Shown here: positions 25,438-34,775 of the stretch, one piece after another
How the letters are laid out: each line of letters opens with the position of its first letter
Position numbering within the stretch: the stretch's first letter is position 1
Virus record (IMG/VR): IMGVR_UViG_3300045942_000039
Coordinates: 1 to 61,030 of that record
DNA length: 61,030 nt
From: a virus
Strand: one strand, 5' to 3'
Notes under the pieces: model-generated
The model's input: only the letters and a program-made list of their open reading frames with translations
Database searches by the model: none
What the model was told of the DNA's origin: nothing
Position numbers and translations under genes: made by a program

Positions 25438-25844
25438 GATACGGACCCCTTCCCGAGGATGCCGCCGATGCGCTTCGCGAGGCGCCCCTGAATCTCGACG
25501 GTCGCCGCGGCGAGCGGATCCGAGAGAAAGTGGGACTTCGTGCCCGGCTTCGTCCAGTTCTTCTCGTACGGCGAGTTGTGCACGTACAGAGCGTACTTCG
25601 ACGCCGCGCCGCCGTAGCCCATGGTCACCTTGACGAACCCGTTCGAGAACTTCGGCTCATTCACCGTGCCCGAGCCGATGAGGTACCCGTCGCGCACGGG
25701 CACCTGACGCTGCGACTCCCGCATGACCAGCTGCGCCGACTCCGAGAGCGACTGCCCGACGGCCCGGACGATGTCACCCGACGAGACCTTGAGGGTCGTC
25801 GTCATGTTGTCGATGCCGTTCCACTTCCACCCCTGGCTAACCAT
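25434..25844 (-). CDS. HK97 gp10-like head-tail joining protein
   Basis: QVPVRDGYLIGSG...YALYVHNSPYEKN...SHFLSDPL pattern; position. Confidence 0.55.
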   Translation of the reverse strand: MVSQGWKWNGIDNMTTTLKVSSGDIVRAVGQSLSESAQLVMRESQRQVPVRDGYLIGSGTVNEPKFSNGFVKVTMGYGGAASKYALYVHNSPYEKNWTKPGTKSHFLSDPLAAATVEIQGRLAKRIGGILGKGSVS

Positions 25845-26157
25845 GGTGGATCTCGGATCCGTACGGCCCTTCCTCGTCGCGGTAGTTCTTCACGCGGATG
25901 ATGTCGCCGAGCTCGCGGCCGTCGCGGGTCAGCCGGTCGCCGGGCTGGATGCCGTACACGTCGGCCGTGTAGACCGTGCCGGCGGCGGTCTGCTTCACGC
26001 CGTTCTGGTCCTCGACGACGTGGGTCTCGTCGTCGCAGTACGCGCGGATCGGGACCGGCTCGGCGTAGCGCGCGTTCTGCCAGACGTCCTGACCGTTCTT
26101 CCGCTCCCACATGACCTCGTCGACCATGAGCTCGAGGAGCCCGGGATCAACGGGCAC
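25837..26157 (-). CDS. head-closure candidate (106 aa)
   Basis: GTG after GGAGG SD inside track ORF 25837..26409. Confidence 0.5.
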   Translation of the reverse strand: MPVDPGLLELMVDEVMWERKNGQDVWQNARYAEPVPIRAYCDDETHVVEDQNGVKQTAAGTVYTADVYGIQPGDRLTRDGRELGDIIRVKNYRDEEGPYGSEIHHG

Positions 26158-26605
26158 GGAAGCCTCCGAGCTCGGGCGGGAGGTTGCGGTCGCCGCCGAG
26201 GTTCTGCCCCGGGGCGTTGTCGTGCATCCCGATCGCGAACTGGATCGGCGGGCGGGTGGGGACGAGCGTTTCGATGTCGATCGCCACGCCCCCACCCGTG
26301 CTGCCGGCGCGGAGCGCGCGCGCCTTGTCGCGCCACGCGGCGGCCATGTCGTTCCCGTCGCGCCGGGAGATCGAGAACGGGCCCACCTTCTTGTCGCCGC
26401 CCACCGCACCGGCGTTCGTCATCCACCAGTCGGCGATCCGCTCTGCAGCGTGAGCAGCTGCGGATTCCGTCGTGGCGTCCGGGAACGACAGGAGGTAGTC
26501 GAGATCCTCGTCGGAGATCGAGTGAGGCTTCTCAACCGTGTCCCCGAGGAGGAAACGCACCTCGTCGCGCGGAGACTGCGGCGGTGCGGCGTACGTGAAG
26601 ACCAT
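26147..26605 (-). CDS. head-tail connector (gp6-like) candidate
   Basis: EVRFLLGDT...SDEDLDYLL N-terminus typical of connector/adaptor proteins. Confidence 0.55.
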   Translation of the reverse strand: MVFTYAAPPQSPRDEVRFLLGDTVEKPHSISDEDLDYLLSFPDATTESAAAHAAERIADWWMTNAGAVGGDKKVGPFSISRRDGNDMAAAWRDKARALRAGSTGGGVAIDIETLVPTRPPIQFAIGMHDNAPGQNLGGDRNLPPELGGFRAR

Positions 26606-26623
26606 GGGCCCGTTCTCTCTGGG

Positions 26624-27076
26624 TTACTGCGCGGTCTTGGCCGAGTCGTCGGCCGTCTGCGCGGCATCCGCGCTGTCGCCGGCGGTGGCCGCGGCGGTCT
26701 TCCGCTTGCGAGCCGTCGTGGTCGCGGCGGGAGTCTCCTCCGCGGGCGTCTCCTCGGCGCCCGGCGTCGACGTCTCTTCGACGGACGGCGTCGCCTCGGG
26801 GGTGACCTCCGAAGCGGCCTCTGCAGCGGTGGCCGCGGGGGTCTCCTCGGCGGGCAGGGTTTCGCCGCCTGCACCCGGGGTCTCGTCCTCGTCGGGCGTG
26901 GTCTCGGCGACGGGGATGGACACCCAGCCGATCACGCCATCGTCGTCGACCGCGAGCATGCTGCGCGGGGCGAAGCCGGGGAAGCCCTTGAGCACCTCGG
27001 CGAACGGGGACTCGCCGTTGAGGATGCGGGCGCTGCTGGTGAACTTGAGCGATTCGACTGTCAGCCGGTCGGGCAT
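26624..27076 (-). CDS. hypothetical protein with Glu/Thr/Pro/Ala-rich tail (150 aa)
   Basis: ATG after AAGGAG SD (ATG 27106 is an alternative start). Confidence 0.55.
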   Translation of the reverse strand: MPDRLTVESLKFTSSARILNGESPFAEVLKGFPGFAPRSMLAVDDDGVIGWVSIPVAETTPDEDETPGAGGETLPAEETPAATAAEAASEVTPEATPSVEETSTPGAEETPAEETPAATTTARKRKTAAATAGDSADAAQTADDSAKTAQ

Positions 27077-27168
27077 GATGACTCCTTTGGTCGTGGTTCG
27101 CGCCATAGTCTCACACCCCCGCGGAGGACCATCCAGGAGCGGCGCGCCGATCGCCGCTCCTGGATGGC

Positions 27169-30162
27169 TCACGCCGCGATGGCGGGGTACCCAGTCGACG
27201 TCGACACGTTCGGGACGCCACGCCAGACCACGCGGGGGCTGTTCCCGTCGAAGTAGGCCCCGTCGTACTTGCCGTCGATGAGCAGGAAGTTCTCGAACCA
27301 GACGTCGCCGGCCGTGGCAAACCCGCCGTTGTAGAGCCGGATGAACGCCTCGCTTGCGTCGACCGGCAGTGTGAACGTCACGCGCAGCACGTAGCGCCCG
27401 GGCACCAACGGTGCATCCGCGATCGTGGTGACGTACCCGCCGCCCGACGCGGACCGCGTGTAGGCGCGTAGTCCCGGGCGATTGGTGGAGTCACGAGCGT
27501 CGGCGTAGCGGACCGTCGCGAGCGCGGTGTACGTGCGTCCCGGGAGCATTCCGAGGCGCAACCCGCCAACGTCGCCCGACGCATTAGCGAACGTGTCTTT
27601 GCTGGTCATGCTCGTGTTGATCAGACGGATGGCTTTTGACTCCGGCGTTGCTCCTGTCGACTGGACCGCTTTGTTGATCGTCGAGTTGTACCCGTACTGG
27701 TTGACCGAGATCCCAGAGAGGATGCTGTCGCTTCCCGAATCGGCGCCGACAAACGATGGCCAGAGGTCCGCGTCCTGCGAGATCGCGCCGTCGAAGTAGG
27801 GCCTCGAGATGGGCGACTGCTCGATGACCGGATCTCCCACCTCGAAGACGTTGCCGGCACCGAAAGCAACCGTGTTGTTCGAGGTGATGACGGTGAAACT
27901 GGCCGAGGGCGTGGCCCCCGCCGGGATGGTGAAAGTCGACGTGATCTCCTGCGCCGTCGGACCGATCGTGAACAAACTCGAGACCAAATCACCTCCACCG
28001 TTTAGCATCCGAAGGCGAATGATGACCTGCCGGCTGACGTCGGATCGGACTTTTGCGGTGACAGTCCACACCTGGCCGGCCGAAATCGGCACTTCCTGCG
28101 GTGTGGGGCTCGCTTCCACGTTGAGGTAGGTCGACGTGGAGCTACCCGCCACCCGGAAAGCGCGCCCCGAGGTCGCCCACGTGGCGTCGATGTAGGACGT
28201 GGTGACGTCGGGGTTTGTCGGCGTTCCGCCTCGGGTGCGCCACATGATCGACGCGTTCCGGCACCCCGGGTCGGTCGCAACGTTCCGGCGCACTTCGACG
28301 AGCGCGGCCTTGATGGTCGACGCCGAGCTGTGTGCGGTGCTTTCCCAGCCGTAGACCATGCCGCTGTCATCGGTGGTGTCGCCGTCGAAGTAGGTGCCGT
28401 CGTAGCGGCCCTCGATGATGTTGAGGCGCTCCCACACGACGGACCCGGGGTCGGTGACCGAGGCTCCGTTGAACAGGCGGAGGAACGTCTGCGTGGTCGG
28501 CGGCACCGTGAACGTGAACCGGAGGTCGTAGACACCGGGTACGTTCGGCGCGGCCTCCGACACCATCGGCACGTAGTTGCCGTTGAGCAGGTAGTACAGC
28601 ACCATCCGCCGCGGCGTGGTCGTGGCGCCCGCTTGCGCAACGAGCACGCGGATCCGCCCGAGGGCGGTGTAGGTGCGTCCGGGCATCATGCCGAACTGGA
28701 AGGCGGAGAACTCGCCGCTGAACCGCATGGACGTGTCCGACGACGACGACACGGGAATGATCCGCGCGCCGCCGTTCCAGGAGCGCACGGTGACGGCCTG
28801 TCCGGTGATGACAGCTTGCTCGACGCGGACGCCCTGCAGGATGCTGGCGCTGGCATCCGGGGTGCCGGTCCACGCGGGCGTGAGGTCGGCATCCGGCGTG
28901 CTGTAACCGTCGAACCAGGCGTTGTCGCGCTTCGGGCCCGCGTAGATGACCGCGTTCGAGATCTGCAGGTAGTCGCCGGCCTGCTTCTTGGTGACGGTCT
29001 GCACGATGCGCGCGCCCGCGGCAATTGCCGCAGCGTCAGCGGTGAACGTGGCCCAGCGGCGCGTGACGGCCCCGGGGGCGACGGTGATGCTCGTCGTGTG
29101 CGATCGCCCCTGCGTGGTGATGACGCCCGAGGGGGAGAACGGCTGCGGGATCGTGAGCTCGCCGCCGCGGCTGGACACGATGTCGTACTCGACAGTGAAC
29201 TGCTGGTCGGCCGTGACCTGAGTGAGAGCCACTCCGATGTCGCCGTTGTCGGCGTTGTCGGCGTTGGTCCAGGTGACCTGATAGGCCTTCCCGCTTCGCG
29301 ACCACGTGACATCCGGCGCCGACGGTGTAATCGCGTTCGGCGTTGGTCCTGCCCAGTTGGTGAAGTCGGCGCCGCTCGGGTTCCGCGCGCCCGGGTTGCG
29401 GTGAATGTTGCGGAACACCTCGAAGGTGAGAGCTCGAGCAATCGACGCAGAGCCGTTGGCTGTGGCCTCCCACTCGTAGGTGATGCCGCGGTCGTTCGTC
29501 GTACCGCCGTCGAAGTAGGGCAGGACGGCCGGACGCTCTTCGATCAGCACTCGGCGGACGTCCACGGTCTCGCCCATGACGCGGTCGAAGACGTCGTTGA
29601 AGCCCATCTCGTAGCCGACGCGCGCGGCGCCGGCGGGAGCGATGAAGACGATCGAGGCGCGCTGCCATGCGCCAGGCGTGGCGTCGATGATCGTGGCGGC
29701 GCCGCTGACCACCTGATACCCGGCGCCAGGGTTCCACAGGCCAACGAGGCGCAGCTGATGAGCGCGCTCGGTGCGAACATCGAAGCTGACGGCGTAGGTG
29801 CGGTAGGGCGTGCACGGGGCGCCGTTGGTGCTGCCCATGTTCCCGGGGTACACGGCCCACCGCTGAGCGTTGGCCCCCAGGGCGGTGTCGGTAACCGCGT
29901 GCCGCACGAAGCCCCCGCCATCGGTCGTCGTCATGCGTGTCGCTGCGAAGCCCCCGGAGATGCCTGACGGAGCGGGGTTGGAGAAGAGGTTGCGACGGAC
30001 GGCGGTCGTGCCCGCCACGGCACGCTCCATCCGCGGGTTCGGGAAGACGTTGCGTCGCGCTGTGACGAACGTGCCACCTCCCACGCGTCGGAACGCGGGG
30101 TTGGTGGCGAGGTTCTCGACGATGCGGGAGCGGCGCTCGAGGAGCGCGGAGCGCATGAGCAT
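27169..30162 (-). CDS. 997-aa modular beta-rich protein with five [YW]FDG-terminated modules (glycan-binding / fibre candidate)
   Basis: GGAGGA SD; repeated modules ending LPYFDGG, AWFDGY, TYFDGD, RPYFDGA, AYFDGN. Confidence 0.75.
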   Translation of the reverse strand: MLMRSALLERRSRIVENLATNPAFRRVGGGTFVTARRNVFPNPRMERAVAGTTAVRRNLFSNPAPSGISGGFAATRMTTTDGGGFVRHAVTDTALGANAQRWAVYPGNMGSTNGAPCTPYRTYAVSFDVRTERAHQLRLVGLWNPGAGYQVVSGAATIIDATPGAWQRASIVFIAPAGAARVGYEMGFNDVFDRVMGETVDVRRVLIEERPAVLPYFDGGTTNDRGITYEWEATANGSASIARALTFEVFRNIHRNPGARNPSGADFTNWAGPTPNAITPSAPDVTWSRSGKAYQVTWTNADNADNGDIGVALTQVTADQQFTVEYDIVSSRGGELTIPQPFSPSGVITTQGRSHTTSITVAPGAVTRRWATFTADAAAIAAGARIVQTVTKKQAGDYLQISNAVIYAGPKRDNAWFDGYSTPDADLTPAWTGTPDASASILQGVRVEQAVITGQAVTVRSWNGGARIIPVSSSSDTSMRFSGEFSAFQFGMMPGRTYTALGRIRVLVAQAGATTTPRRMVLYYLLNGNYVPMVSEAAPNVPGVYDLRFTFTVPPTTQTFLRLFNGASVTDPGSVVWERLNIIEGRYDGTYFDGDTTDDSGMVYGWESTAHSSASTIKAALVEVRRNVATDPGCRNASIMWRTRGGTPTNPDVTTSYIDATWATSGRAFRVAGSSTSTYLNVEASPTPQEVPISAGQVWTVTAKVRSDVSRQVIIRLRMLNGGGDLVSSLFTIGPTAQEITSTFTIPAGATPSASFTVITSNNTVAFGAGNVFEVGDPVIEQSPISRPYFDGAISQDADLWPSFVGADSGSDSILSGISVNQYGYNSTINKAVQSTGATPESKAIRLINTSMTSKDTFANASGDVGGLRLGMLPGRTYTALATVRYADARDSTNRPGLRAYTRSASGGGYVTTIADAPLVPGRYVLRVTFTLPVDASEAFIRLYNGGFATAGDVWFENFLLIDGKYDGAYFDGNSPRVVWRGVPNVSTSTGYPAIAA

Positions 30163-30163
30163 G

Positions 30164-30484
30164 TCAGTCCTCCGTGGGCTGTGGGATGACGGCGTCCGGG
30201 TCGGCGGGTTCGACGGGCGCCGGCGTCCAGTCGATGAGCTCGGCGGCGACGTCGACGGCGGTGGCGGCCTCGAGCTCATCGAGCCGGTACCGGGTGCGTC
30301 GGGTGGGCTCGAGGACGTCGAGCCGGTACGCGACGATGACGTGCGGATCCGCGGAATCGGCGAGCGGGTGGGAGCCCTGCACGACGAGCCCCGCTTCGAC
30401 GAGGATCGCGATCTGTTCGTCGCGGCGTTCCTCGGGGGTCTGCCAGTCGGGGGCGGGGCGGCCGGCTTCGGTGGTGTCGCTCAT
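30164..30484 (-). CDS. hypothetical acidic protein (106 aa)
   Basis: internal ATG of track ORF 30164..30544. Confidence 0.6.
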   Translation of the reverse strand: MSDTTEAGRPAPDWQTPEERRDEQIAILVEAGLVVQGSHPLADSADPHVIVAYRLDVLEPTRRTRYRLDELEAATAVDVAAELIDWTPAPVEPADPDAVIPQPTED

Positions 30485-30486
30485 GG

Positions 30487-31908
30487 TCACACCACCCACG
30501 ATGCCGGGACGCCGAGCATGGGCGCGCCGAGAAACGCCGTCCACACGGAGCCGTTCCAGAGCAGCTGCACGATGTCGATCGCGTTGGCCGAGGTGGAGAG
30601 CGGGATGACGTTACCCATCGGCGTGCGCGCGTTGTTGACGCGGAGCGCGCGCGGCGTCGCGCTGGCGTCCTGCTGCAGTTCGAGGGTGCAGGAGTACGCA
30701 ATGCCTGCCACGCCTGCGGCCACGGTGAGCACGACGTCGCCGGTGAGGGTGCGCTTCACGTACTTCGACCGGGACTCGGTCTGAGCGAGGGTCACGGCCC
30801 CCGTCCACGACGCCGACGCCGGTACGTTCACCATCGCTTCGTCGCGCGCGGTGCGCGTGTCGGCGAGCACCTGGTCAGCCGCGGTCTTCGAGCCGGCCGC
30901 CGCGGTAGCTGACGTGCCCGCTGCCGTCGCAGATCCCGCCGCGGCGTCCCGAGCCCCCTCCGCGCCCGTCCGAGCCGTCTCAGCCCCCGTGCGCGCCGTC
31001 TCCGCACCGGTCTTCGCCGTCTCCGCCCCGGTGCGCGCGGTCTCGGCGCCCGTCTTCGCCGTCTCGGCGCCCGTGCGCGCGGTCTGAGCAGCTGCGCGCT
31101 CCGTGGTCGCCGTCGATGCGGATCCCGCCGCGGCCGTCGCCGACCCGGATGCCGCGGTCGCAGATCCCGACGCCGCGGCGGCCGACCCAGCGGCCGCGGT
31201 CGCCGAGCCGTCTGCAGCGCCCTTCGCGGTCTCAGCGCCCGTCTTCGCGAGCGCGGCATCCGTGGCCGACTGCGCCGCCGCGGTCTTCGACGCCGACGCC
31301 TGGCCCGCGCTGGTGGACGCCGCCGCTGCGGATCCAGCTGCGGCGGTCGCGGATCCGGCGGCCCCCTGAGCAATCGTGAGGGCCTGAGCTCGCGCGTCGA
31401 CGGCTCCCGCCTCGGCGGCCTCGGCGCGCACAGCGGATCCGAACGCCTCGCCCCAGTAGTCGGGGACCGAGACGATGTCGCCGGCCACGGTGCCGACGGG
31501 GATGAGCTTGTCCAGGTCGACGACGGTGCCGTCGCCAGCCGGAAGAGGGAAGGGGCCGTACGTGCGGATCGGGCCCGAGATGCGCTTGCCGGTGCCGTCC
31601 TCCCAGTGCACGGTGATCGAGTACAGGTGCGTGAACGAGCCGGGCACGTCGACCTCGATCAGGTCGTTCGAGTCTTCGTCCTTCCACCCGGCGACGTCGG
31701 TGCGCGCGAGCGTGATCTCGATGTCCGCGCCGGCAGCGCCGCGCTCGGTGCGGGCCTGCTTCTGGAAGCGGTAGCCGGTCGCGTCCCAGATCAGCGAGCG
31801 GGATGCCTCGATCTTCGCGACCGCGGTGAGCTTGTCACCTCCCTCGAGCGTCTGGGAGCCGCCGAGGCGCACGCGCCGCGTCTGGACGTAGTCGGGGTAG
31901 TCAGGCAT
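30487..31908 (-). CDS. fibre-like protein with Ala-rich and TGAETA[KR] heptad repeats (473 aa)
   Basis: globular N- and C-terminal parts flank a roughly 200-aa Ala/Ser/Thr/Gly repeat region. Confidence 0.7.
   Translation of the reverse strand: MPDYPDYVQTRRVRLGGSQTLEGGDKLTAVAKIEASRSLIWDATGYRFQKQARTERGAAGADIEITLARTDVAGWKDEDSNDLIEVDVPGSFTHLYSITVHWEDGTGKRISGPIRTYGPFPLPAGDGTVVDLDKLIPVGTVAGDIVSVPDYWGEAFGSAVRAEAAEAGAVDARAQALTIAQGAAGSATAAAGSAAAASTSAGQASASKTAAAQSATDAALAKTGAETAKGAADGSATAAAGSAAAASGSATAASGSATAAAGSASTATTERAAAQTARTGAETAKTGAETARTGAETAKTGAETARTGAETARTGAEGARDAAAGSATAAGTSATAAAGSKTAADQVLADTRTARDEAMVNVPASASWTGAVTLAQTESRSKYVKRTLTGDVVLTVAAGVAGIAYSCTLELQQDASATPRALRVNNARTPMGNVIPLSTSANAIDIVQLLWNGSVWTAFLGAPMLGVPASWVV
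30959..31084 (-). repeat. in-frame tandem repeat, six 21-nt units (alternating, effectively three 42-nt units)
   Basis: encodes TGAETA(K/R) x6; seen as SAPV(R/F)AV x6 in the plus-frame shadow ORF. Confidence 0.85.
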
Positions 31909-31932
31909 GGCGGTGCTCCGTTCAATCGCGAA

Positions 31933-31963
31933 AGCCCCGCCCCGCGTAATGCAGGACGGGGCT
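31933..31963 (-). terminator. hairpin AGCCCCG/CGGGGCT after the major capsid gene
   Basis: 7-bp stem with a 17-nt loop, 19 nt after the capsid stop. Confidence 0.5.
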
Positions 31964-31981
31964 CTCGGTTCAGCTGTTGTG

Positions 31982-32968
31982 TCAGGCGACGACGTCGGTG
32001 AAGAACGCGCCGAGCTCGGCAGACACGACCTTGGGGGAGACGGCGATCTCACCCTCGACGCGGTCGGCCTTGAGGTGCTCCATGCGGAACTTCGAGACGC
32101 CGACGGTCTGGCCGAGGCCGCCCGAGACGCCCTTCCAGGCGAACGAGTAGCCGGCCGACGGGACGAACATGCCCGGCGTGGGGGCCACGTAGCCGAGCCA
32201 CATGACCTTGCCGAGCGCGAAGTCGAACGAGTCGGCCTCGCCCTCCTTGCCCGAGTTGAGCACGGCCGACGACACGAGGATCTTCTCGACGTCGAAGTAG
32301 CGGGCGACGTCGGCGAGGTTCGTCGGGTCGGCGCTCGTGTACTTCATGCGGTCGATGAAGATCGGGTGCTCGGAGAGCGCATCCCACACATCGAAGCCGA
32401 GCACGAGCGTGTTGGGCTTCATGCCCGTCGTGCGGAGGATTTTCTTCGACGCGGCCTTGATGACGGCGGTCGGGTTCGAGTTGTCGTAGTCCGACCACTT
32501 GATGAACTGCGACGCCGACGGCGCGGCGCCGCCCGAGGCGATGCCGGCGTAGTCGGCGGCCCACACGTTGGTCTTGAACATCTTCGAGATGAACGAGACC
32601 TCCTTGCGGATGAGCAGACGCGTGGTGACGAACTCGGTGGCCTGCGAGTCCAGGTTGAACGGGGCGTCCGCGTTGGCGCGAGCCTGGTCGCCGATGTCCT
32701 TGTGGATGGCCTCGACGATCGCGTTGTACGCGTCGTCGCCGACCTCGTAGCCGGAGCCCACCGACTCGGTGGCGTCGGCGCGGGGGCGCGCCTCGTCACG
32801 GAGCCAGTCGCCACGGGGGATGACCCAGTAGCTGTCGGACTTCTTGTCGACGGGGATCTCCGGGAAGACCTTGTCGGCGATGAACTGGTCGGTGTCGAGC
32901 TTGAACCCGACGGCGACGTTGGTGAGCGGCGCGTTGATGTGCAGCGCGTTTGCATTGGGCTGAGGCAT
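31982..32968 (-). CDS. major capsid protein
   Basis: 328 aa; follows the scaffold and DUF2190-like decoration genes; composition typical of capsid proteins. Confidence 0.8.
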   Translation of the reverse strand: MPQPNANALHINAPLTNVAVGFKLDTDQFIADKVFPEIPVDKKSDSYWVIPRGDWLRDEARPRADATESVGSGYEVGDDAYNAIVEAIHKDIGDQARANADAPFNLDSQATEFVTTRLLIRKEVSFISKMFKTNVWAADYAGIASGGAAPSASQFIKWSDYDNSNPTAVIKAASKKILRTTGMKPNTLVLGFDVWDALSEHPIFIDRMKYTSADPTNLADVARYFDVEKILVSSAVLNSGKEGEADSFDFALGKVMWLGYVAPTPGMFVPSAGYSFAWKGVSGGLGQTVGVSKFRMEHLKADRVEGEIAVSPKVVSAELGAFFTDVVA

Positions 32969-32981
32969 GGCGGTCGCTCTC

Positions 32982-33380
32982 TTACTTAGCCAGGTACGGG
33001 TTGGTGAAGTTGATCGCCGCGGAGATGACCCGGCCGGCGGCGCCGCCCTCGAGCGCACGTCCGATGACGTACTTCGTGGCGTCGGTGCCGACGGTGGCCT
33101 TCACGATGCGACCGTCGGCCGCGATCGTGAGGAGGTCGTCGCGAGCGACGGTGCCACCGAGGCGGACCTTCTGGATGCCGAACAGCTTGACGTCGGCCTC
33201 CTCGCCCTTCTTGGGGGCGTTGTTCAGGATGCCCAGCGGCAGGTCGGTCGCGCCGCTGATGGCGACGACGGTGTCGGAGCCACCACCGTTGAACTTCACA
33301 GCGGTGAACTGGGCGGACTTGGCGAAGTCGGCGTTCGCCAGGACGGTCCAATCGAGGTACGGACCCTTTTCGACAGCCAT
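32982..33380 (-). CDS. head decoration protein (DUF2190-like)
   Basis: 132 aa; GILNNAPKKGEEADVKLFGIQKV...IGRALEGGAAG pattern. Confidence 0.65.
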   Translation of the reverse strand: MAVEKGPYLDWTVLANADFAKSAQFTAVKFNGGGSDTVVAISGATDLPLGILNNAPKKGEEADVKLFGIQKVRLGGTVARDDLLTIAADGRIVKATVGTDATKYVIGRALEGGAAGRVISAAINFTNPYLAK

Positions 33381-34273
33381 CAGCTGTTCTCCTTCTCGTA
33401 TTCGGCGTAGAGCTCGGGCGAGTCGGCGAACGCCTTGGCGAGCCCCTGCTCGATGGTCTTGACGGTGCCGGCGGCGACGAGCGCGGTGGCGATGCCGGAG
33501 GCCTTCGCCATGGCGGTGCCCTCACCCGAACCGCCGGAGCGGACGGTGCCGAGCTCCTTGAACAGGTCGGCGGCTTCCAGCTGGCCTTCGGCCTTCTCGA
33601 GCGTCTCGCGGACCTGCTTGGCGCCCTCGGGGTCGACCAGAGCCATCTTGCGCAGCATGGGCGCGACGACGTCGTGGTCGATGGCGACGTGCTTGAACTC
33701 GCCGCGGGACTTCTGCACGGCCTCGGCGTCGAGGCGAGCGTCGCGCTCCTCGGCGGCCTTGGCGAGGGCTTCCTTCGCGACGCCACCGATGGCGCCGAGC
33801 GCCTTCGCCAGGTCAGGGTTGCCCTCGGTCGCCTTCGCGAGCGCGGCCTGCGTGTCGGCGTCGAGCGACTTGAAGATGTCGGCACCCACGGCGGGGACGG
33901 CGGGGACGGCAGCGGCGGCGGCGGCGGGCGTCTCGGTCGTCGACGGGGTCTCGGGGTCGTCCTGCTCCGACTTGGCCCGGAGGGACTGCCACAGCTTCGC
34001 AGCCGCGTCGATGTCCTCGGTCAGGTCGACGGACTTCTTGAGGAACGACTTCTCGCCGGCCGACAGCTTGGAGCCCTCGATCTCGGCGAGCAGCGATTCC
34101 TTCGTCGGCTGCGGCATGGTGGTTCCCTTCATCAGGTGCGTAAGACGGGCGACGCTACCGGCGCCCGCGGACTTGCGAACGAGCCAGCCCTCGTGCCCGT
34201 GGGCGGGGTGGTCAACGCCCGACGTCTCGATGACGGTCATGTCGACCATCTGACGCTGCGGCTTCTCCGGCAT
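33380..34273 (-). CDS. head scaffolding protein
   Basis: helical Ala/Glu/Lys-rich 297 aa directly upstream of the decoration and capsid genes; N-terminal ETSGVDHPAHGHEGW. Confidence 0.65.
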   Translation of the reverse strand: MPEKPQRQMVDMTVIETSGVDHPAHGHEGWLVRKSAGAGSVARLTHLMKGTTMPQPTKESLLAEIEGSKLSAGEKSFLKKSVDLTEDIDAAAKLWQSLRAKSEQDDPETPSTTETPAAAAAAVPAVPAVGADIFKSLDADTQAALAKATEGNPDLAKALGAIGGVAKEALAKAAEERDARLDAEAVQKSRGEFKHVAIDHDVVAPMLRKMALVDPEGAKQVRETLEKAEGQLEAADLFKELGTVRSGGSGEGTAMAKASGIATALVAAGTVKTIEQGLAKAFADSPELYAEYEKENS

Positions 34274-34348
34274 CGTGTTCCTCTCGATCCGCACTCACGA
34301 TAGGTGCGCGGCGGAGAGACGGAATCGGACGACACGCCGTGAAACGAC

Positions 34349-34382
34349 GAGACCCCCTGACCGTAGGGGGTCAAGGGGTCTC
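34349..34382 (-). terminator. strong hairpin GAGACCCC(C)TGACC...GGTCA(A)GGGGTCTC
   Basis: 13 paired positions; separates the accessory block from the scaffold gene. Confidence 0.6.
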
Positions 34383-34442
34383 GGGGCGCCCGAACGCCGG
34401 AGGAGCCGTCACAGAGCCAGCGAGATCAGTGACGGGGCGACT

Positions 34443-34703
34443 CTACTCGACGTCGGCGGGGTCGGCGAACGTGATCGCGATGTCTTCGCCGAGGCGTTCC
34501 TCGAACCACGTGCCGGCGGCCTCCGCCGTGATGTTGAGCGAGATCGTGCCCGAGGGCGTGTACTTCGACCACTCGACGTTCCCGTCGCTGCCCGGGAGCG
34601 GGGTCGCGCGGACGACGGGGGCGAGCTCGACCAGGCGGACGATGCCGCCGGAGACCTTCTGCGAGGTGATCTTCTGGACCCAGAAGCGAGCGGATACGGA
34701 CAT
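34443..34703 (-). CDS. hypothetical protein (86 aa)
   Basis: ORF track; AGGAGG SD. Confidence 0.6.
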   Translation of the reverse strand: MSVSARFWVQKITSQKVSGGIVRLVELAPVVRATPLPGSDGNVEWSKYTPSGTISLNITAEAAGTWFEERLGEDIAITFADPADVE

Positions 34704-34775
34704 GGGTGAACCTCCTGTGAGCGGTGTGCGTGGGAGGTCTGCGAACCCGTCTGGCGTCCGAACCTGACCGAGAGT

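Noticed and set aside
30959-31084. The 21-nt tandem repeats as a CRISPR-like or satellite array.
   Set aside because: The units are contiguous with no spacers, in frame, and encode a heptad peptide repeat inside a long ORF.
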